From: Bacteroidota bacterium
Lineage (GTDB): Bacteria > Bacteroidota > Bacteroidia > Chitinophagales > Saprospiraceae
Reading direction: 5' to 3'
Assembly (NCBI GenBank): GCA_039194925.1
Contig: JBCCVV010000006.1
Location: forward strand, 205-64,204
DNA: 64,000 nt
The position numbers and the translations under genes were made by a program. Under the pieces are notes generated by a model. The model searched no databases and was not told the origin of the DNA. It worked only from the letters and a program-made list of their open reading frames with translations. Positions 16,602 to 25,946 of this stretch are shown one piece after another; the stretch's first letter is position 1; the number at the start of each line of letters is the position of its first letter.

Positions 16602-19600
16602 ATGGAAGAAACAATACACTCAAGGAGTGCGCATGCACTTCATACACGGTATGCCGTTAGACGCTTTTATGCTGTCGCCATACTGATATTCTTCATCAGT
16701 GTATTGCCTTTGTCCGACCTTTTGGCTTGCAATTCTCCAACAACTTCTTTTCCAATTAATGAAGACTTTGAAACCAATTCAATTGTAAACTGGACTCAGG
16801 ATTCGGCAGATGATTTTAATTGGATAACAAACTCGGGAGGTACAACTTCAAATAACACGGGACCTACAGCAGCTTATAATGGTACATACTATGCTTACAC
16901 GGAAGCAACCTCTCCTAACAATCCGGACAAAGTGGCAAATTTGATTTCACCTTGTTTTTCTGTTCAAGCTGGATTTAGTACTGAATTATCCTTCGCATAT
17001 CACATGTATGGTGATGGTATGGGTGATTTTAATGTGGACATTTCAACCAATGACGGATCATCCTGGACCAATCTTTGGGGGCTAAGTGGTGATCAGGGCA
17101 ATGCATGGTCTACGCAAACTATTGATCTCTCTACCTATGCAGGTCAAGATGTATTGGTCCGATTTAATGTTATTACAGGCAACTTCAGATCCGACGTTTC
17201 GATTGATGATGTAGTGATTTCGAGCACACAAAATCTAACTTGTGACCCAGGTCATTTGACCGTTGAAAGATGGCTGGGAATATCTGGAAGTTCCGTATCC
17301 GATTTGACTTCTAATTCTAATTATCCCGATACTCCTTCTGAATCTGAAAACATAACCTCTTTCCAGGGACCAAATAGCTATGCAGAAAACTATGGTACCA
17401 GAGTTCGAGGGTATATAATTCCTTCAGAAACAGGGTCTTACATTTTTAATGTGACAGGTGATGATAATACTATACTTTATCTAAGTACCGATGGTCAGGA
17501 GTCAAATAAAACTGAAATTGCATCGGTTACAGGTTGGTCTGGAATTACCGATCACACAAAATACACTCAGCAAACTTCATCAACTTTAAATCTTACAGCA
17601 GGAGTTTCTTACTATGTAGAACTTCTTCACAAAGAAGGTGGAGGAGGAGACCATTTTCAGGTTTATTGGCAAACACCAAGTTCTTCTACATGGACGATTA
17701 TTCCAGGAGTAAATTTAGCCCCGTTTGGATGTCCTGAAATTTGCGGTGATGGAATAGACAATGATGGAAATGGAGACATTGATGGAACGGATTCAGTATG
17801 TGAAGAACACTGGTTGGAGGCAGAGTGTGCAACTATAGGTGCAAACTGGAATACGATTGCGGACGCCACGGCATCAAATGGCTTTCATTTGACAATTCAA
17901 TCCGGGAATAATTCACTTGGATCTCCACCAACTGGAGTTGATGATAGAATCCGATTTGATGTTAATATTACAACGGCTGGTATATACAATATTTTTGCTC
18001 GTGTCCAGGCACCAAGTACTGGTGATGATTCTTTTTGGGTTCGTGTAAATGAAGGAACCTGGTATAGATGGAATGAACTGAGTTCATTTGCAAGTTCTAG
18101 TTGGGAATGGGGTCAGGTCTGGGATTGGGATAATAGCAATACACCCTTGAGTTTTAATTTGATCACTGGTGCAAATACGATAGATTTTGCCTATCGTGAA
18201 GATGGAACCCTTTTGGATAAAATAGTAGTTACCACTGCATCGATCCCTCCTTCTGGAGAAGGAAATACAGCAGGTAATTGTTCAGAAATTTGCGATAATG
18301 GTATTGATGATGACGGGGATATGTTGGTCGATTGTGCCGACCCGGATTGTCTATCGTTTAGTTATGATGGCGGAACAATTTCGGGTGATGAGATTTATTG
18401 TACATCATTTACACCTGGAACCATTCTTTCATATACTGATCCTAGTTATTCGGGAGGCGCTTATACCACGCAATGGCAACAAAGTTCTGATAATGTAAAT
18501 TGGAATGATATTCCAGGTGAAACTGGATTGACATACTTGCCTGGTACCGTTGCCGCAACTACCTACTTCAGAAGAGTCACAAATGTAGGCGACTGCTTGC
18601 CAGAAATATATTCGAATGTTGTGATCAAGGAAATTGATGGAAGTTTACCCATTTGTATTGAGGACGAAAGCTTTGAGTTTGATTGCGAGGTGGGGTACAA
18701 AATTTCACCTACAGGTATTGGAATTCAAGGTCTCTCTAATGCTGCTCTTCGTGTATTGAATCCAACATTTATGGATTATTATATCGTTGAAGCTGCTTTT
18801 AGTGGCGGAACAAATGCGACAGAGCATGTAATCTTCAGCACTCTTGAAGGAGAGCAAAAAGTAGTAAACAAACAATACTTTGAGGGAGAAAGTGGCACTT
18901 CTGGAGATCGTTATTTCAGAACAATCCTTCCGGCATCTGACTCTATATTTCTTTCACACAACGGTGACAATGCTCTTGCTGAATCCTTTGCAGTATATAC
19001 CGTTGCTCCTATGGACAATTTCAGCAGTACTTCTAAAGGATATGAAAGCTTTGGTCAATCAGTACATGCAGAATTACTTCCAGGGGAGGACTATCGGGTA
19101 AGTTTTCCATTGATTAGTACTATTAATCATAAGGAAGCTTTTATTAATGTAAATCTGGCGAGTATTGTAAACGATGGAACCGAACTATTCATCGAAGCAA
19201 CGGGTGGTGGAGTTACTCTTATTGATACCATTACAGAACCCAATGAGGGGAATACATTGAATCTTGAGTTTATTAATTTGGAAGAAATTGCACCAGATGC
19301 GGATAGTCTACATATTACGATATCCTCACCTTCTTCCAGTGGACAGACAGCATTGATTTCAGGATATGTGGCAGCCATAGTGGAATGCGATCAAAACATT
19401 GTTATTGTCGGTGAAACGGATGCCGAATGCGTCTCGGTAGGTGATACTATTATCTACAATTACCAGGTTTACAATTTTGCCGATGTTGAATTCTTGAATT
19501 TATCAACAAGCTCTTCTTTGGGCGGAACGATAGAATTTGGAATTGATACCTTACCACCCAATAGCAATTATAGCGCTTCACAGGAAGTAGTCATTACGCA

Positions 19601-22600
19601 AGCTATGATCGATAATCCACCTTTGGTGAATTCTATTTCTGCTCTCGGTTGGAATTTTACGTTTGGAATAAAACCGTTTAATGATGCTCTTGGAGATACA
19701 CTTACAATATGTGAAATATGCGACGATGGGGTAGACAATGATGGAGATGGATTAACCGATTGTCTGGATCCTGATTGCGATGAAGATGTTACCATATTAA
19801 ACCCCGACCTAATCGTATGTGTTGGAGAAACCGTACAACTGCAATCTACCGATTCCGGTGTCGGATCTTGGGTGAGTAGCAATTCGAGTGTTGCAATTGT
19901 TTCTACAGATGGATTAGCGGTTGGTGTGGCACCAGGTCAAGCGACATTTACGTACACCTCATCAAGTGGATGCACAGGGGTCACAGGTACCTTTACAGTA
20001 GATCAAACCCTGGATGTAACCATTGATTACAATGGAAGCATATGTATTACCGCTGATTCTCAACTAAGTGCAATAGCAAGCAATGGTACACCAGGATATG
20101 CATATAATTGGACAGGGCCCAATGGGTTTACTGCTTCTGGACAAACGATAGATATACTGGAAAATGGTAATTATGACGTTACTGTAACGGATAGCAAAGG
20201 GTGCTCTACCAATACAACAGCTTTCATTTATGAACAATATGACCCATTTATATTTACGCTCAATTCCGAAGTTTGTGATGGTGAAGAGGTAACACTTTCA
20301 ATAAACGATTCCGATGGAGTGGCCTACCAATGGGGACCAAATGCTGGAAATGACACCTCTTCCAGCGTAACCGTCATACCATCGGCTCCAGCTACTACTT
20401 ATTTTGTTACCGTAACAAATTCAATTGGTTGCTCCACCACGGCATCAGCTGTAATTGATGTGATACCCAAACCCATAGTGGATGTGACTGGTTCAGACGA
20501 AATATGCATCGGGGGGACAACCCAGCTATCTCCAAGTTCGGATGGTATCTGGATAAGTGCAGATTATAGTATTGCCAATGTAAGTAATACCGGCCTTGTT
20601 ACCGGAACAGGTTTGGGAAGTGTATCTTTTATTTATAAAGAAGATTCTACGGGGTGCGATTCAGACCCTACGGAAATAGTCTCCGTTATTGACAACAACA
20701 CACCCGTAATTTCGGGTAATGATAATATCTGTTTTGGCGAAACTTCCACCCTTATTTCATCTGTGTCCGGTGGTACCTGGTTTAGTGATAATAATGCCAT
20801 TGCAACAGTTGACGCAAGTACTGGTGAGATTACTCCCATAACTCAGGGTACGGTCACCATTTCGTATATTCCACCATCTGAAGGGTGTTATCTCAATGCA
20901 TTTTATACCGTAAACACTCATAATAATCTGGTTCTTTCGCTTAATGGTCCTTCTTCCATTTGTGAGGGTTCTTTGACATATGTTTCTGCCAATACGAGTG
21001 GAACATGGACGAGTAGTGATGAAAGTGTAGCTACTATTTCCAATTCTGGAGAAATTACAGCAGTTGGTGCAGGAACAGTGACTTTATCATTCCTCTCTTC
21101 AGCAGGATGTACTGAGGTAATGGCAACTCCTGTAACGGTAATTGCTAATCCCGTTGTTTCATTAACTGGTCCGGGAGACCTATGCATAAATGAAACCACT
21201 ATATTGAGTCCATCATCCGGAGGGGTATGGATAAGCAGTAATAGTGGAGTGGCGAGTGTGAATAGTTCAGGTGTAGTAACTGCCAAGTCTCCAGGCACTG
21301 CATCTTTTACCTTCATAGAAACTAGTCACGGATGTATTTCAGAAAATAATGTTAGTGTCAATGTCAATTCACGGCCAACCATTTCATCTCCTTCGTCCAA
21401 TTCATTATGCATTGGAGAAACCGCTAATATTACACCTGCAAGTGGAGGAATTTGGCAAAGTTCCAATTCTTCCATAGCGAGTATTACCAATGATGGGACC
21501 ATAACAGCAATCAGTCAAGGAACAGTATCTTTTACGTTTACAAATAGTTTGACAGGATGTACTTCCAATGCTTCCTCGCCATTAACCGTTCAACCATCTC
21601 CGACCACAACATTTACAGGTCCCTCTTCAATCTGTCAAAATGAAACGACGACTATCTTACCCAATTCGGGAGGGTTTTGGTCAAGCTCTGATGTAACCAT
21701 CGCAACGATAACCAACCAAGGAATAATAACTGGTTTGTCACCTGGTACTGTAAGATTTATCTTTACGAATGGAAATTCAGGTTGTGTATCTGATTCAAGT
21801 GATGTACTTACTATTATTGAACCTAACGATGTGATCGTAACCGGACCAAGTAATATTTGTATTGGTGAGACATCTGCCTTATCTCCTGGTACAGGAGGTC
21901 AATGGACAAGCAGCAATATCGGCATTGCTACAGTCACCAATTCTGGAATTGTAACCGCAGTATCCCCTGGTTCAGTAACATTTACTTATCAAAATTCGAA
22001 TGGATGCAGCTCCGACCCTACTGAAGCGATTGTTGTAGAGGCAGCTCCTACATTAACATATTTGGGGTCAACTTCCATATGCATTGGAGAAAGTACTACG
22101 TTGAGTCCTTCCACTGGAGGTCAGTGGACAAGTAATAATACATCGATTGCGACCATCACGAATGAAGGTGTAGTGACTGCATTAGCTGCAGGTTCCGTTT
22201 CATTTACATTTACCAATAATGCTACAGGATGTTCGGCATCTATCTTATCAGATTTAACGGTAAATACTCCACCAACAATAAATGTAACTGGTGATGATGA
22301 AATTTGCATTGGAGAAACCACTACACTTCAACCCTCTACCGGTGGTGCTTGGATTAGTGGCAATAATAGTATTGCCAGTGTCATGACCAATGGTACGGTT
22401 ACCGGATTAAGTGCAGGAGTAGTAACCTTTACCTTTATTGAATCTGCAACGGGGTGTACTTCGGCCGCTTCGGCTCCAATAACTGTAGTTCCAGCTCCTG
22501 TTGTTTCCATCGATGGGGCAAATACAGTCTGTGCCGGTACAACAACAACTTTGTCTCCAAGCACAGGAGGTACATGGTCAAGTGATAATGAAGCAGTGGC

Positions 22601-25600
22601 CACAGTCACGAATTCAGGTATTGTGACAGGGATAAGCCAAGGGGTGGCGCGATTCACCTTCACCAATACAGAAGGATGTTCATCCAATCAAACAGCCCCT
22701 GTCATAGTCTTTGATAGTCCAAGTACATTAATTGATGGTCCGAATGCACTGTGCCTGGGAGAAACTGCGCAAATGCAGCCCTCAACAGGAGGAGTATGGC
22801 AAAGCAGTAATCCCTCAATTGCCACTATAAATAATTCAGGATTGGTATCTGCAATAATGCCGGGAACAGTCACCTTTACCTATACAGATGGCAGTACAGG
22901 TTGCATATCCAATCCGTCTGATCCAATCACTGTTGAGAATAATCCTGTAATTAATCTTACCGGACCCTCAGAGATTTGTATAGGAGAAACAACCCACATG
23001 ATTCCCTCAATTGGGGGCATTTGGACAAGCTTGAATACATCTGTTGCTACTATCCAAAACGATGGCGAAATAATCGGAATTGGTGGAGGACAAGCTAGAT
23101 TTATATTTTTAAACCTTGCTACAGGTTGTGTGTCGGACACCTCGGCGGCGATTACAGTTTTATCTGGCCCTTCTATTTCTTTTAATGGCCCCACCAATCT
23201 TTGTTTGGGAGATACTTCATACATTTTACCATTGACAGGGGGGACATGGGAAAGCTCGAATCCAGCTGTGGCTTCCGTGACAAACACAGGAATGATCATA
23301 GCTTTAGGTCCAGGAACAGCAACATTCCAATTTACCGAATCATCTTCAGGCTGTAAATCGGATTGGAGTGAAGCACTGACAGTCAATGGACCTCCAACGG
23401 TGGGCATTACAGGTCCTTCAGCAATTTGTATAAGCGCTACAACCAATCTTTTGCCTTCCAGTGGAGGAGTATGGACAAGTTTGAATCCAGGTATTGCTTC
23501 GGTTGATATGAATGGAGTTGTCACCGGATTAACAGAAGGGACGGCCTATTTTCAATTTATGGATAATGAGACGGGTTGTGTATCCGATGGAAGTCTTTCC
23601 ATTGAAGTTCAACCCACACCTGAAATTGAGATTACTGGAAGTAATGTAATTTGTTTGGGATACACCACAACACTTTCGCCTGGTATTTCGGGTATTTGGA
23701 CCAGTAGTAATCCCGCCATAGCCTCTGTCTCGAATTTGGGAGTAGTCACAGGGCTTGCACCTGGGGTTGTTAGTTTTCAGTTTATGGACCCTATAACGGG
23801 TTGTACTTCTAATGGATGGTCAGATCCTGTTTCGGTGACGAATTGTACCAATCATGATTTCAATGTGACCCTTGTAAATGAGGTAGTCTATGGTGATTTG
23901 AGTACCAATGATAATGTAAGTTCTACCGTATATGGAGGAGCAATAGAAACGTTAAGCAAGCCAACTGCCAGCTTTCCCCAGCTTACAGTAAATGCAGATG
24001 GTACCTATTCTTTTCAAGCCAATAGAGCAGGTAAATATCTGTTCAAAGTTCCCGTTTGCATAGCTCCAATACTTGTGGGATGTGAAGGAACGCTATTGGA
24101 AATCAATGTGGCGGATGATGTCTTGGTTGTGATGAATCCAATCGCCAATCTTGAGTTTACTACTACATACAAGGGAGCCTTATCTACGGATTCTGGTGAA
24201 ACGGTGGAAATAGATGCGTTGGCAAATGATACGTGTATCTACGCTGGATCTTGTCTCTTGGATGCTTCATCATTAACGATCCTTGGCACTCCTGAAAATG
24301 GAAACGCCTCGGTAAGCAATGGTAAGATTGAATATACTCCGGATGCAAATTTTGTGGGGCTGGATACTATTGATTATTCAGTGTGCCATTCCAATGGCAT
24401 TACCTGTTCACAATCCCAGGAAATTGTAATAGTCAACGATACTTCTGCTTTGAATTCTACTGTAGCTAATGATGATTTCTATTATCTACTGAGAGGATCT
24501 TCAGTTTCGGGAAATGTAATGCGAAATGATATGGATCCAGAGGGTGATGGAATTTCGGTCACTGCAGTTGGTTCATCATCCAGCCCAGCAGTAATTCCAG
24601 AAGGCGAATATTACATTACAAACACCGGAGAATTTTCATTCACACCCAACGCTGATTTCTTTGGAACTCTAAATATTGTGTATACGATCTGTGACGACAA
24701 TACCGAATCGTTCTGTACAAATGCTACGATACATTTATTGGTTTTGAATGATATGAGTATTCGACTTCGGGTATACCTTGAAGGAGCTTTAATCAATAAT
24801 GGAGGTGAAGAGACACAGGCAGGAATTCCCTTAATGCGTGATGATTTGCGTGTAAGTCCTTACACTGGCGAAAATTACATTCCACTCACCGATCCGTATA
24901 CATATGACCATGATCCATTTATTGATACCGAAAATAAGTTTGTGAAAATGGGCCCGGGGATGTTAAGCAATAATTTAACCATAGCAGATTCGCTTAAGGT
25001 ATTTAGTGTGTCAGGAGAAAATGCAATTGTGGATTGGGTGCATGTAGAAATAAGATCCAAAGAAGACAGCACTCAGATTATGGCTACCAGATCAGGGTTG
25101 GTACAACGAGATGGTGATGTGGTTGATCTGGACGGTGTAAGCAATTTGAGATTTCAAAATGTACAAGTAGACAGTTTCTATGTGGTTGTAAAACATAGAT
25201 CACATTTAGGAGTTATGTCGGAACTGATCACTAGTGACGATATCATTGATTTTACCGATCCTAACTTTCCGGTTTTTAACTTTGGAAACACCTACGGAAA
25301 TGGACTTGATTATACCGGATTGTCACGAAAAAATTCTGTGGCGTTTGGATTTTCTGCGCTTTGGGCGGGTGACTTTGATTCTAATGGAAAAGTAAAATTT
25401 ACGAATCCAGGAGATGATCAAAATATACTGTATTTGGGAGTACTATTAAGCTCGCCGGATTTCTTAATAAATTATAACAATGCATATGGATATTTTACCG
25501 GGGATTTTAATATGGATGGTAAGGCCAAATTCACTAATCCAGGAGATGATTTGAATTTTCTTTTTAGTCAAATCCTATTGTATCCTTTGAATACTTCATT

Positions 25601-25649
25601 CTTATCCAATTTCAGTGCATTGATAGAACAAGTGCCGGACCCAGAGTGA
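16602..25649 (+). CDS. Giant modular surface protein, paralog 2 (3015 aa): signal peptide, MAM, PA14, CBM-like, unknown module, DUF11-like, then the conserved 3' block
   Basis: Complete ORF. The N-terminus is MEETI...RRFYAVAILIFFISVLPLSDLLAC(43)N (signal peptide, possible lipobox). Domain motifs are listed in the sub-features. Confidence 0.92.
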   Translation: MEETIHSRSAHALHTRYAVRRFYAVAILIFFISVLPLSDLLACNSPTTSFPINEDFETNSIVNWTQDSADDFNWITNSGGTTSNNTGPTAAYNGTYYAYTEATSPNNPDKVANLISPCFSVQAGFSTELSFAYHMYGDGMGDFNVDISTNDGSSWTNLWGLSGDQGNAWSTQTIDLSTYAGQDVLVRFNVITGNFRSDVSIDDVVISSTQNLTCDPGHLTVERWLGISGSSVSDLTSNSNYPDTPSESENITSFQGPNSYAENYGTRVRGYIIPSETGSYIFNVTGDDNTILYLSTDGQESNKTEIASVTGWSGITDHTKYTQQTSSTLNLTAGVSYYVELLHKEGGGGDHFQVYWQTPSSSTWTIIPGVNLAPFGCPEICGDGIDNDGNGDIDGTDSVCEEHWLEAECATIGANWNTIADATASNGFHLTIQSGNNSLGSPPTGVDDRIRFDVNITTAGIYNIFARVQAPSTGDDSFWVRVNEGTWYRWNELSSFASSSWEWGQVWDWDNSNTPLSFNLITGANTIDFAYREDGTLLDKIVVTTASIPPSGEGNTAGNCSEICDNGIDDDGDMLVDCADPDCLSFSYDGGTISGDEIYCTSFTPGTILSYTDPSYSGGAYTTQWQQSSDNVNWNDIPGETGLTYLPGTVAATTYFRRVTNVGDCLPEIYSNVVIKEIDGSLPICIEDESFEFDCEVGYKISPTGIGIQGLSNAALRVLNPTFMDYYIVEAAFSGGTNATEHVIFSTLEGEQKVVNKQYFEGESGTSGDRYFRTILPASDSIFLSHNGDNALAESFAVYTVAPMDNFSSTSKGYESFGQSVHAELLPGEDYRVSFPLISTINHKEAFINVNLASIVNDGTELFIEATGGGVTLIDTITEPNEGNTLNLEFINLEEIAPDADSLHITISSPSSSGQTALISGYVAAIVECDQNIVIVGETDAECVSVGDTIIYNYQVYNFADVEFLNLSTSSSLGGTIEFGIDTLPPNSNYSASQEVVITQAMIDNPPLVNSISALGWNFTFGIKPFNDALGDTLTICEICDDGVDNDGDGLTDCLDPDCDEDVTILNPDLIVCVGETVQLQSTDSGVGSWVSSNSSVAIVSTDGLAVGVAPGQATFTYTSSSGCTGVTGTFTVDQTLDVTIDYNGSICITADSQLSAIASNGTPGYAYNWTGPNGFTASGQTIDILENGNYDVTVTDSKGCSTNTTAFIYEQYDPFIFTLNSEVCDGEEVTLSINDSDGVAYQWGPNAGNDTSSSVTVIPSAPATTYFVTVTNSIGCSTTASAVIDVIPKPIVDVTGSDEICIGGTTQLSPSSDGIWISADYSIANVSNTGLVTGTGLGSVSFIYKEDSTGCDSDPTEIVSVIDNNTPVISGNDNICFGETSTLISSVSGGTWFSDNNAIATVDASTGEITPITQGTVTISYIPPSEGCYLNAFYTVNTHNNLVLSLNGPSSICEGSLTYVSANTSGTWTSSDESVATISNSGEITAVGAGTVTLSFLSSAGCTEVMATPVTVIANPVVSLTGPGDLCINETTILSPSSGGVWISSNSGVASVNSSGVVTAKSPGTASFTFIETSHGCISENNVSVNVNSRPTISSPSSNSLCIGETANITPASGGIWQSSNSSIASITNDGTITAISQGTVSFTFTNSLTGCTSNASSPLTVQPSPTTTFTGPSSICQNETTTILPNSGGFWSSSDVTIATITNQGIITGLSPGTVRFIFTNGNSGCVSDSSDVLTIIEPNDVIVTGPSNICIGETSALSPGTGGQWTSSNIGIATVTNSGIVTAVSPGSVTFTYQNSNGCSSDPTEAIVVEAAPTLTYLGSTSICIGESTTLSPSTGGQWTSNNTSIATITNEGVVTALAAGSVSFTFTNNATGCSASILSDLTVNTPPTINVTGDDEICIGETTTLQPSTGGAWISGNNSIASVMTNGTVTGLSAGVVTFTFIESATGCTSAASAPITVVPAPVVSIDGANTVCAGTTTTLSPSTGGTWSSDNEAVATVTNSGIVTGISQGVARFTFTNTEGCSSNQTAPVIVFDSPSTLIDGPNALCLGETAQMQPSTGGVWQSSNPSIATINNSGLVSAIMPGTVTFTYTDGSTGCISNPSDPITVENNPVINLTGPSEICIGETTHMIPSIGGIWTSLNTSVATIQNDGEIIGIGGGQARFIFLNLATGCVSDTSAAITVLSGPSISFNGPTNLCLGDTSYILPLTGGTWESSNPAVASVTNTGMIIALGPGTATFQFTESSSGCKSDWSEALTVNGPPTVGITGPSAICISATTNLLPSSGGVWTSLNPGIASVDMNGVVTGLTEGTAYFQFMDNETGCVSDGSLSIEVQPTPEIEITGSNVICLGYTTTLSPGISGIWTSSNPAIASVSNLGVVTGLAPGVVSFQFMDPITGCTSNGWSDPVSVTNCTNHDFNVTLVNEVVYGDLSTNDNVSSTVYGGAIETLSKPTASFPQLTVNADGTYSFQANRAGKYLFKVPVCIAPILVGCEGTLLEINVADDVLVVMNPIANLEFTTTYKGALSTDSGETVEIDALANDTCIYAGSCLLDASSLTILGTPENGNASVSNGKIEYTPDANFVGLDTIDYSVCHSNGITCSQSQEIVIVNDTSALNSTVANDDFYYLLRGSSVSGNVMRNDMDPEGDGISVTAVGSSSSPAVIPEGEYYITNTGEFSFTPNADFFGTLNIVYTICDDNTESFCTNATIHLLVLNDMSIRLRVYLEGALINNGGEETQAGIPLMRDDLRVSPYTGENYIPLTDPYTYDHDPFIDTENKFVKMGPGMLSNNLTIADSLKVFSVSGENAIVDWVHVEIRSKEDSTQIMATRSGLVQRDGDVVDLDGVSNLRFQNVQVDSFYVVVKHRSHLGVMSELITSDDIIDFTDPNFPVFNFGNTYGNGLDYTGLSRKNSVAFGFSALWAGDFDSNGKVKFTNPGDDQNILYLGVLLSSPDFLINYNNAYGYFTGDFNMDGKAKFTNPGDDLNFLFSQILLYPLNTSFLSNFSALIEQVPDPE
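16728..17225 (+). other. MAM domain of ORF2
   Basis: CNSPTTSFPINEDFE..WTQDSADDFNWI...TGPTAAYNGTYYAYTEAT...ANLISPCFS...LSFAYHMYGDGMGDFNVDIS...WTNLWGLSGDQGNAWSTQTIDLS...VSIDDVVI. Confidence 0.75.
17241..17729 (+). other. PA14 domain of ORF2
   Basis: ERWLGISGSSVSDL...YGTRVRGYIIPSETGSYIFNVTGDDNTILYLS...YYVELLHKEGGGGDHFQVYWQTP. Confidence 0.7.
17802..18240 (+). other. CBM-like module of ORF2 (after PA14, the reverse of the ORF1 order)
   Basis: EEHWLEAECATIGANWN...DDRIRFDVNITTAGIYNIFARV...DDSFWVRVNEGTWYRW...GANTIDFAYREDGTLLDKIVV. Confidence 0.55.
20007..25649 (+). repeat. Paralogous 3' block, copy 2
   Basis: Same module order and unit count as 10681-16339 and 31200-36851. Confidence 0.85.
24747..25646 (+). 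other. Conserved C-terminal module (ORF2 copy)
   Basis: NDMSIRLRVYLEGAL...AIVDWVHVEIRSKED...WAGDFDSNGKVKFTNPGDDQNILY...TGDFNMDGKAKFTNPGDDLNFLFSQILLYPLNTSFLSNFSALIEQVPDPE. Confidence 0.8.
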
Positions 25650-25668
25650 TAAAAAATATAAATGTAAG

Positions 25669-25736
25669 ATACTTTACAAAGTATAATTTCTTTCGTAAAG
25701 TATTGGGCATAAAGCAGTTGAAAGGATTTTATGCCC
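25669..25736 (+). terminator. Two consecutive hairpins after the ORF2 stop
   Basis: atactttac (25669-25677) pairs with gtaaagtat (25695-25703). gggcataaa (25705-25713) pairs with tttatgccc (25728-25736). Both are perfect 9-bp stems. Confidence 0.5.
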
Positions 25737-25946
25737 CTATTTAGAATTAGATTTATGGTTGAAAATTTGACCAGAAAATTGCTGGATTGAAACACAGCAG
25801 CATGTTCTGTAATTCATCTTATTGATTGGTTTTGAAAGCCAGTCTGGGTTATTTGATGTACCGAGAAACTTACCATTTCTTTCAAATAATTAAAATTAAA
25901 GGACGAGTTACATAAGGACAAGTAGGGCACATGTTTTCAACTTAAT

